From Sporopachydermia quercuum (taxonomy: Eukaryota), in NCBI GenBank assembly GCA_001599295.1, contig BCGN01000004.1, positions 934,138 to 998,137 on the forward strand: 64,000 nt of DNA, written 5' to 3'. The first letter of the stretch is position 1, and every line of letters begins with the position of its first letter. The position numbers and the translations under genes are program-made. Positions 55,368 through 64,000 of the stretch are shown piece after piece. The notes under the pieces are model-generated. The model did no database searches. It saw only the letters and a list, made by a program, of their open reading frames with translations, and was not told the origin of the DNA.

Positions 55368-58070
55368 TTATGATGACTGCTTAATAGGTTCCACATCCCT
55401 ATTTTTTGAAGGGTTACTTTCATCTGTATTGTCATTTATATTTTCTTTCTGGTTTATAACATCAAAAGGATTAAAGTCCAATCCTGGGTTTTCATCATCG
55501 CTGGAGAAGTTTGTAGCTGCCATATTCAAGGTTAATGAAATTCCACTGTTAGGTACTGGACTGGTTTTAGTACTAGAGGCAGTACTGGAGATACCCCATA
55601 TTGAATTATCCTTCGATATCAAATTAATTCCTTGAACTGATGATGTTCCCACTGATTGATTCTCGGGTGATGAGTTTATGTTTTCATTCACTTCGTTATT
55701 AATAATAGTATCATGTCCAATATTAGAGCCTATACTCATTGTTTGCAACGAATCAGATATCGTAGTTACATCTTCATAATTCCCGGTCGCATTTAAACCA
55801 ACTCCTCCAGCTCCACTATTTGATTGGGTCCATACAGAGTTGCTATAGGGGAACCTTTGACTTGGTTGAGGAGGAGGATTGTAGCTAGAGCTTCTTAAAG
55901 AAGATACCGAGGAAATGCTACGGTTACTATTGGAATGAGTTAGTCCTAGACGTTGACCGCTACTTTCAGATGTATAAGGAGATGATTGCCGGAAAGAATT
56001 TGGACCTGCGTTGTTATTGCCAGACAAATCAAAACCACCTTGTCCTGTAGAGCTGCCTATTGATCGGATATCAGCAAATGACCTGTTTCCTCTTAGAAGA
56101 GATGAATTGGATGGTTGTTGAATGGATTGTGAGACTTGATTCAATTGTTGTTGAGAAGCGGAAGGAGCTCTAACTATTCCAGGACCAACTGAATCTCCCT
56201 GCGAATAATTCAATGGTTGGGGAGCATAAATCATTGGTTGATGGACTTGCTGTGGTGATTGTTGAGGATTGCTCACAACAGAGCTATTTCCTGTCGTACC
56301 TCTAGGTGGGAATGGCCCTCCTCTGTATTGATTTCCAGTAGATGGTTGTTGATGCTGGTGCTGAGTTTGTTGAGGGTATCTTTGATTTTGGGCCAATCCT
56401 AAGGAACTTGCACTACGGGGAATCATGTTTTCCATTCCTCCTTGAGCGGAAGGAATTTGGGGGCTTGTTTGCTGTGAAATACCTGCAGGTCTATGACGAA
56501 CAATTAAAAGACCATTATCAAACGATTCGATCAACCCAAATTGATTGGTAAGAATAGAAATGGCCCGTCTTTGATTTAATGATAAAGATGGAGGATAAAC
56601 TACTTCTGATTGATATTTGTCATCTCTGAATAGTAACAATTGAGAATAAATATCAAGTACCTCTGGATCATTTAGATTAAGAACATTAGCAGCTGCTAAG
56701 TTAGTGCCTGACGATGATAAACGATTGGGTGAGATATTGAATTGGTTAGGCATTCCCCCAGAAATATTATTTGGTAATCCATTACCCAATCCAGTTGGTA
56801 AACCATTTACTAATCCGGACCCTAATCCATTATTAACATTATGAGGCCCAGGAGGAATGTATTGATTTAAACCAGATACTGCAGAATGAACGCTACCTAA
56901 TGATGCTAAAGAAGTATTCGAAGAATTTCTATGTTGTTCTTCTAATTGACCTCTTTTCTCTCTTTTCTCACGTTCTATCCTTTCTCTTTCAACTAATGGT
57001 AGCATTTTCTTGTATTCTACCCTTAATTTACGACCGCCAACATCTCTTCCGTTTAAAGACTCGATTACCAGTGCGGTTTCATCAGCCGATGTAAAATTTG
57101 CAAAAGCTAAACCTCTGAAAACNCCATTGTCAAAATGATAATTAAATGCATAAGGCAAAGGCAGGTTAAGTTTTGTCATTATGTCTAAAAGTTGTTCTTT
57201 CTTAATGGCAAATGGAATATTTTTTATCACAATGGCTGTTGGAATGAATTCATCATCAACTATTTGATTAGATGAGTTGTTAGCATTTTTCGCTGTGGCA
57301 TGACTACTAACAGATCCAGCGGTCCCACTACCATTTACACCACCAAAGGCCTGTGAATTTTGTCTGGGAGTACCGGAAATATCCCCTAGTGGCGCTGATG
57401 AATTACTATTCGAATCCATCATTAAACCAGGTTGATTAGTAGCATCCTGATTTTGCTCTTGATGTTGATATAGCGAGAAAGCAGTAGAAGGATCACGTTG
57501 CTGTTGATCTAACCAAGGATTCACAATGCTCATAGCAATATTCACTGGTAGCTGTTGATTTCGTAGATGATTAAATGAGTTTTGAGTTAATGTGTTTGCT
57601 TGAGACATATATGGTGCTTGAGGTTGTGATGAATGGGCGTTTGAACTGGGATGCGGTCCACTAGAAGAAGATCGCTGTTGTGAAGATGAGTGACGAAATG
57701 ATGCTAATGTGTTATCATCATTACCCATTTGATTATTAGAGTACTTTCGATTAGAGTATGAGTTATTGTTATTTAAAACTGATACTGATCTTGATGATGT
57801 TGATGATTGTGATGAAAAACTTGGATGACGTGAATGGTCAATTGTCGATGGAATAGGCAAATTGAATAGTTGATTATTATTGTTGTTGTTGAAGTTGGCA
57901 GAGGCGCTGGTGTTGCTATTCGAGTTCGTACCAACATCACCCTGATTGAGTACAGGTTGATTGTCATTCTGTTCAGAATCAAAAATGGGACTTGGTGATT
58001 CAGAAAAATTCTTATGTGGGAAAAATCTCCCTTGTCCTGATGGATCAGGGGATTTACTAGAAGTATCCAT
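55368..58070 (-). CDS. PIN4: RRM + R3H-like RNA-binding protein Pin4, N/Q-rich
   Basis: IPTAIVIKNIPFAIKKEQLL..PLPYAFNYHFD..FRGLAFANF..GRKLRVEYKKMLP..ERERIEREKREKRGQLEEQH. First ATG is at 58070 (MDTSS); the ORF-track start is TTG. Confidence 0.9.
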   Translation of the reverse strand: MDTSSKSPDPSGQGRFFPHKNFSESPSPIFDSEQNDNQPVLNQGDVGTNSNSNTSASANFNNNNNNQLFNLPIPSTIDHSRHPSFSSQSSTSSRSVSVLNNNNSYSNRKYSNNQMGNDDNTLASFRHSSSQQRSSSSGPHPSSNAHSSQPQAPYMSQANTLTQNSFNHLRNQQLPVNIAMSIVNPWLDQQQRDPSTAFSLYQHQEQNQDATNQPGLMMDSNSNSSAPLGDISGTPRQNSQAFGGVNGSGTAGSVSSHATAKNANNSSNQIVDDEFIPTAIVIKNIPFAIKKEQLLDIMTKLNLPLPYAFNYHFDNXVFRGLAFANFTSADETALVIESLNGRDVGGRKLRVEYKKMLPLVERERIEREKREKRGQLEEQHRNSSNTSLASLGSVHSAVSGLNQYIPPGPHNVNNGLGSGLVNGLPTGLGNGLPNNISGGMPNQFNISPNRLSSSGTNLAAANVLNLNDPEVLDIYSQLLLFRDDKYQSEVVYPPSLSLNQRRAISILTNQFGLIESFDNGLLIVRHRPAGISQQTSPQIPSAQGGMENMIPRSASSLGLAQNQRYPQQTQHQHQQPSTGNQYRGGPFPPRGTTGNSSVVSNPQQSPQQVHQPMIYAPQPLNYSQGDSVGPGIVRAPSASQQQLNQVSQSIQQPSNSSLLRGNRSFADIRSIGSSTGQGGFDLSGNNNAGPNSFRQSSPYTSESSGQRLGLTHSNSNRSISSVSSLRSSSYNPPPQPSQRFPYSNSVWTQSNSGAGGVGLNATGNYEDVTTISDSLQTMSIGSNIGHDTIINNEVNENINSSPENQSVGTSSVQGINLISKDNSIWGISSTASSTKTSPVPNSGISLTLNMAATNFSSDDENPGLDFNPFDVINQKENINDNTDESNPSKNRDVEPIKQSS

Positions 58071-59974
58071 TGTGGGTAACTTGTGAGTGTTATTGTGATA
58101 ATCCAAGTTGTGGGTTACTCTAATCTCTGCCTATTTGAACTTGTGATTTGCTTCAAACGAGACCTTCCAGATTTATATTTATAATATAATTTAATTGAAC
58201 TTTGCTAATTAATTCTTCTTCTTGATAGATTGCATATTTATGCTATGTTGAATTGTTTCGCTGTTTGATAAATCGTTGACGGTTACTAGTTGATGAGTAT
58301 TATGTGCCCAAAAAACCAGCACCCTCTAGTGGATATAAAGAGTTGATTGATTGATTAACAAATCAATTGTATTGCAACTCTGTAGATACGACTTCAACTA
58401 AGCTTTCTTGAACCTCGACAATTGAAAAGCACTTTTCTTTAGAACAAACCGCTAGCTGTGCAGTTATAAGTAACAATCTGATATTACAACGGCTTCTCAA
58501 TGACAATTTGTCAGTGATCAAATTAAACCAACGTTTGTGTAAATAAAGGATTGAAAAGAATCAAACCAATTTATAATACTTTTATTTGGAAATTTATCCT
58601 TTTTTCTTGATTCTTTAACAATTATTGAGAAGTCTCTACTGGCTCCATATAATAAATAATCGGCTGTGATTACTGGTGTTCTATTGGCGGATCCAGTGAC
58701 ACTATTGGTATTTATTGACTGTTATGCTTCCTTTCGATGGGGCTAATAGCATTCAAAACTGCCATGCAATGTACAAGCAAAGTATTTATTCCAAGGCTCA
58801 ACTAATCTCTGCCACTACTTTTGCAATCAATTAATCTGTTGATAATAAATCGTACTTCACCTTGTAGTCATAGCATATGTATCATTTGACACCTGATTGC
58901 CAATGAATGATTTCCGGTTAGAATTCAAGCGATTATTTGGGTAAACTCCCATATAAAAATTCCCTTCTTTCAACTTCAGAGTGGAAAGTGAATTTTCATG
59001 TGATCCGGGTAATTACTTGATTCTATATAAGCACTTTGAACTTTAATTGATAGGTAGACCATGAGGAAGAACAGACATCATGCTTCAAAGGATGTGAACT
59101 AATATTGATATGAGTTAACATATCATTAGGAAGAGCAGCATAAGCTATAATTGGAAATATATATAGATATATATGGGTAATTATAGTAGTTATCGGTGGA
59201 GTCTACTTTCTTACAAGGTGTATGAAAGAGATTGGGTCTTCAATAGGGGATGGAAAGTTTGATAAGCAGATTAAGGTACATGAGGACAAATAAACCTTTT
59301 TAGTTGGCATTAGAGCAAAATGAACTTCTGAGTGGACTTGTATATATTGCTAAATTACTATAAAATGATGTTAGCAGCTTCAAGAAGTACGCTATTGACT
59401 GAAAATTGAGCAATTCAAGATAACTATGTGTGATCATTTTCATCGTGAAACAATAATATATATATGCAAGTAGAGGCTAAGTATTACTTCAACATCCACA
59501 GTGACATATCGACTTTCTTTCGTAATCAATTGTCTAGATATCCTATCAGATTTCAAATTAAATAATCAACTCTTTAATCTCTCAACACCGTCACTCTTTT
59601 ATTATATACTATTCTTTTCTATCAGCTATTTTCTCCCTATCGTTAGTTTACGGAGGCTAGTCTATCTCTCACATACTTTCAGGCTTTATCTGATGATGTA
59701 ATCCAAATAGTGTTATGTTACCCTGTCAGAAATATAATTGAAAATAATTAGTAGTGATTACAAAAAGTATCAATCACTAAAGCCAGCAAAATGGAAACGA
59801 GAGAGAATGAATAGATTCAATTCCCACACGTAATGATCAAGAGATAACTGCAATATTTTTCTGTATTTTGAAGAAGATAAACGTCAAATAGCTTATTGAG
59901 CATTCGCAGATAACCATCAAACATTTAACTGTTTCAGTGACAGAAAGTGTACTTTTAAATTCAATATAAACAAA

Positions 59975-60555
59975 ATGGTATGTTAGAAATAATAGGCAAA
60001 CTGTTGTCAATGAATAGTAGATATTTATTCGTCAAAGGAAGGAATACCCTAAGAGACCAATATGGCTCATGTTTGTAATGTTATGCGGAAATTGTCCTCA
60101 TATGATGAGGATTGTATCGGCTATGAAATTGTAATAAGCAAAAATGGTTTTGAATGTGTACTAATATAACTGTTATAGTCATCAACTGCTATTCCAGGAG
60201 GAGCCAAAGCTCTTCAACGGTAAGTCAACTGTTAAAAGAACGATTCTGAGAGCAAATGAACTTGAAGATACTAGATAATTCGATTATCATGAATGTTTAG
60301 TTGAAATAAGATACTAATTATTGTAGCCGAAAAGCCAATCAAGACCGGCAAACTGCTGCTGCCAGTCAGAAGCCAACTTCAACCAGAAGCGCTGGGGCAG
60401 GTGGATCGTCTAATATTATGTTGAAGCTATACACTGATGAAGCCCAAGGATTCAAAGTTGATCCTACAGTTGTTTTATTCCTATCTATTGGATTCATTTT
60501 CAGTGTCATTGCTCTACATGTTGTTGCTAAGATTACTGGAAAGTTGACAATTTGA
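59975..60555 (+). CDS. SBH1: Sec61 translocon beta subunit, 90 aa, 3 exons (not in ORF track)
   Basis: Exons 59975-77 (ATG only), 60179-60219, 60327-60555. Introns are GTATGT/GTAAGT..TACTAAT..TAG. Product contains RSAGAGGSS..MLKLYTDEAQGFKVDPTVVLFLSIGFIFSVIALH. Confidence 0.93.
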
Positions 60556-60795
60556 TAGAACAATTAATTGACAATTTAGGAATAGNNGATTCTAATAAAA
60601 TACATGAAATGTGCTACAGTACCTAGAGGTCGAGTCACCGATAAACATCCCTTATTAATCAAAATGAAATATAATAAAAAAAATAAATAAACATGATCGA
60701 AGGCTGTAGAATTTCATAACACCAATCACCTTCATTAAGTCTTTAAACTGAAAATAAAACTAATCACACGATTGTTAGCCATCCCGTTGATTGAA

Positions 60796-62052
60796 CTAAT
60801 AACCAACCATGTTCTCTTTTTGAAATTGTTCAACACTTATAACACCAGGCTTTCCANTATCTCCACTTTGTTTCATATCTTCAACCCCCTTCACAGGAAC
60901 TTGTAGTAAATCGGGAGCACGTTGTGATTGGCTTACTGGTGGTGTCGGCAGTTGAGTTAGAGGTTGAGCTTGAACACTCTCTATGCTCCTTGGAATAGCT
61001 TCCAAGTATGTGGAAGGAACGTATCCTATTCTCCCATCTCTAGTTCGCGCTCTCCACCATTGAGAAACATTACCAGCTGGATCAGCTTTAGAGATAATTG
61101 CAACTAAATCACCTTTCTTCAAACTTAGCTCTATTTGAGGGTTCTCTGCGTTGAAATCATATAATGCACGGAAAAATTCAAGCTGAGATGGATCTTCTAT
61201 ATTTTGTCCAGGGCCAATTTGTGACCGTTCTTGATTTTCTGCTATTGTTTTTATAATTTTACCAATTAAATAAGGGAATCCAAAAACGGCTGCAACGAAA
61301 AACAGAAGTGGTTTCAACGATGGTTTAGGTAGCTTATCTTTACCCTCTTTCGATAAAGAATCGCTTTCTGTAGCTTCGAATTTCCTGAATTCTTCAACAT
61401 TCAATTCTTTAGCTTTACCAGTATCTTTTCTTCCTGTCAGTTTAGCCATCAGACGTTTTACCCACCTTATAACCGTAAATATGCCTAACAAACTTCCTAA
61501 TGCATTCCGTAGATTTCCAAACTGTTCAGCAACACTTATCATAGCAAAAAACGATGAATGTGTGGCCATATATGTACTCTCCAACATTTGAGCAAACCCT
61601 CCAATAGCGCCAACAATACCTTCTAGTAGTTGAAACGTTGCTTGTGTAGAATTAGTAAAACTGTTAAGACCACCTTGCCCTTGCATCATTGGCCCACCAC
61701 CCATTCCCATCCCATATCCACCATATCCTCCATATCCTCCATACATATTACTTCCATATCCTCCATACACTCCACCTCCAAGCCTACTGCTATATGGTGA
61801 GCTATATGAGTTATAACCACCATACGATGAACCATACGATGATGAGTACGGTGAATAACTACTGGTAGTCGCACCAACAGTACCTAATGATTCTGGTCGT
61901 GCTGGTACTACTGGATCAACCATAGTACTTCCTGATCCAACACTTGATGCTGCGCTATGAGCCCCATCATCTACTACACTCGTTTCCCCAGATGCTACAG
62001 CGGTGGAAGTACCTGAAGAAACCTCCCATGGCTTCGCCCTTGGAACAGACAT
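60796..62052 (-). CDS. PEX13: Peroxin Pex13
   Basis: PRAKPWE, YG-rich region, TQATFQLLE.IVGAIGGFAQMLESTYMATHSSFF, and SH3 domain RALYDF..WW..G.VPS.Y. Confidence 0.95.
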   Translation of the reverse strand: MSVPRAKPWEVSSGTSTAVASGETSVVDDGAHSAASSVGSGSTMVDPVVPARPESLGTVGATTSSYSPYSSSYGSSYGGYNSYSSPYSSRLGGGVYGGYGSNMYGGYGGYGGYGMGMGGGPMMQGQGGLNSFTNSTQATFQLLEGIVGAIGGFAQMLESTYMATHSSFFAMISVAEQFGNLRNALGSLLGIFTVIRWVKRLMAKLTGRKDTGKAKELNVEEFRKFEATESDSLSKEGKDKLPKPSLKPLLFFVAAVFGFPYLIGKIIKTIAENQERSQIGPGQNIEDPSQLEFFRALYDFNAENPQIELSLKKGDLVAIISKADPAGNVSQWWRARTRDGRIGYVPSTYLEAIPRSIESVQAQPLTQLPTPPVSQSQRAPDLLQVPVKGVEDMKQSGDXGKPGVISVEQFQKENMVGY

Positions 62053-62545
62053 TCCTACTATGATATTCTATCGTTATTGGTTTTTTACTACTTAATCTCC
62101 ACCAAACTGATCTTATATTGATCTTAAGCTGAACCAACTAGAGCCACGCACCTTCTACTACCTAATTCTTTCGTCCGTATCTATTGAAAATTGTATTCTT
62201 CTCTACCAAGAATAAGCAATATAACAAGTCTAACTCTCTCCGTTTAATTTTTTTTTCCCGAATATGTCCAATCCAAACAATCAGGTTCGCGTCACTATGT
62301 TTATACAAATAAGTGGCTCTCTTTTGTCATAAGAATCAAAATCGGTCTATCGCTAATCTTCGCATTCTGTCCGATACAAATGTAAAATAAGAGTTATCAC
62401 AAATCATACAACAAAACCAACTAAACAATCTCTTGGTAAAAAGTTACCCCACTTGGTTTGGTGTGATTTTTGTTTGATGGGACTTTTACCGCCGAGGCGA
62501 GGCATATTACACCCATACATCTGTTAGGAAAATGAGTGTGAAAAT

Positions 62546-62571
62546 GGAAATCGGAAATCGGAAATCGGAAA
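62546..62571 (+). repeat. (GGAAATC)3 plus GGAAA tandem repeat in the PEX13/ATG16 divergent promoter
   Basis: Read directly from the sequence. Confidence 0.8.
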
Positions 62572-63051
62572 AGAGACTCTGAGACGAGAATATGCTATTG
62601 TATTACGTAATCTGATATTTACTATTCATCCATTTCTTATCGTGAGAATAAATAGGAAGTGCCATCGTGTGTGTCTTTATATTGTTGCTGCTCCTGATAA
62701 GAATGACTGGTAGATTTTATATATCGGAAATGAGTAGTTTGATTGTTTATTTATTTGATATATAAGTGGCTGATAGTTATTAAAATTAGTAGAGGCGATT
62801 CACTGAATTTCAAAGGAACCTTTTGGGTTTTCCGATTGTATTGATGCTTGGCTATATGGGTTGTTGTTTGTTAATGGTTGCTGGCATAAGCTTGATTGAC
62901 TGATTGATCAGAAGATTAATAATACTGAAAACGACATTGGATTCCTGGAATGTCTTATATATAACATGCAATGGAATTATTGGGATTGAATCTTTTTGTA
63001 TTTGTTAAGTTTATTCGTTCTATTGGTATTTCATACTTATAAATATCAGTC

Positions 63052-63662
63052 ATGAGCACCTCTTCTGACTGGAGATCCAATGTTCTCATCAGTCTTAATG
63101 AAAGAGATATAAAACAACGAAATATACAGAATTACTACGATTCGTGTAAGTGTGATGATTTTGTATTACGGTTGTATTTTTCATATCGATTGAGTTAGAC
63201 TCTAACAATGTCATGATTGAAGTCAGTTCTGTTATTGCAAGGATCTATGAAACAGAGCAGGTTTTCAAGTCATTTGACGGCTCGAAATCGCTAGATAAAA
63301 ATGCTATACTAGATAGAGCAAACTCTTTAGAATTGAGTACAGTGAAGAAAAATATACAGTTGCTGGAAAACAAGTATGAGAATGAGAAGAAGTTAGTAGC
63401 AGACCTCAGGGCAAAACTTGAAAGACGAAATGAAGAAATGAACGAAAAGAACCGATCGGTGACATTAATTAATGATGAGCTGCTTTTTGTCAATATTGAA
63501 AACAATATGTTGAATAAACAAATTGAAGAGCTAAGAAAGGAAAATGATGCATTGAAACAAGAGAATAAAGAATTAGTTGACAGATGGATGGCAAAAATGA
63601 AAATCGATGCGGACAAAGTAAATGAGTTGAATCAACTATTACAATCAAATAATTCGAGATAA
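63052..63662 (+). CDS. ATG16: Autophagy protein Atg16, 177 aa, 2 exons
   Basis: Exons 63052-63145 and 63223-63662; intron GTAAGT..CTCTAAC..AAG. N-terminal DWRSNVLISLNERD resembles the Atg5-binding helix. Coiled coil NDELL..NIENN..L..EN.ELVDRWM..ADKVN. Confidence 0.85.
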
Positions 63663-63921
63663 TCTTCAGCATAGTATCATATCAGAAATCATGACCTCCT
63701 TCTCAAAGCAAGTAGTCTATTAATTACACATAGTAAATTTAAATATATACGGAGTCAAACAAAAATGAAAAAGAAAAGAAATGGATAGAAATGGATAGAA
63801 ATGGAAGGAAAGGAGAAGACTCTCGAGTGATATTGGAGAAGGCATAATACTGGTAGGAAACCAACAGTGGTGTTTAGATAAATAATACAATGAGAAGCAA
63901 ACCGATGAATAATAAAATTTA

Positions 63922-64000
63922 TCATGGTCCAAGCCATCTTCTTGCTGATCTGAATAATCTTACCCATGGCCCAATTTCACCCCAAGCTTCACCTTCTTCC
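63922..64000 (-). CDS. ADE6: C-terminal end of FGAM synthase (partial)
   Basis: EEGEAWGEIGPWVRLFRSARRWLGP* resembles the conserved Ade6/PurL C-terminus. Only 25 residues are visible. Confidence 0.75.
   Translation of the reverse strand, partial: EEGEAWGEIGPWVRLFRSARRWLGP

Noticed and set aside
1..64000. Transposons, LTRs, CRISPR arrays, rRNA or tRNA genes
   Set aside because: None recognised: no transposase or RT ORFs, long terminal repeats, repeat-spacer arrays or cloverleafs.

Overview
This is an AT-rich, gene-dense segment of a budding-yeast (Saccharomycotina) chromosome. Frequent short spliceosomal introns, a retained RBM39/Rsd1 splicing factor and CUG=Leu at conserved positions suggest an early-diverging lineage. 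I support 23 protein-coding genes: a partial PH-domain gene, RSC58, DHR1, a SAS2-like MYST acetyltransferase, RAD5, MOH1, YMR1, PXP2, RBM39/rsd1, an AFG1-family ATPase, NOT4, an HRK1/RTK1 kinase, IPT1, RIM8, MET6, CDC9, an MRX8-like GTPase, a LEA-like protein, PIN4, SEC61-beta, PEX13, ATG16 and the ADE6 3' end. Seven are spliced and are missed or mis-called by the ORF track. The most notable observation is the ~2.8 kb ORF-poor gap between MOH1 and YMR1. By eye, its + strand folds into a ~2.4 kb nested RNA with elements in the order seen in yeast telomerase RNA: terminal helix, core-enclosing helix, long arms, terminally redundant C/A-rich template candidates, a U/A-rich H-type pseudoknot and a 3' junction. 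Two smaller structured non-coding candidates are also flagged. All RNA structures were paired by hand, not computed, and gene names come from motif recognition, not database searches.
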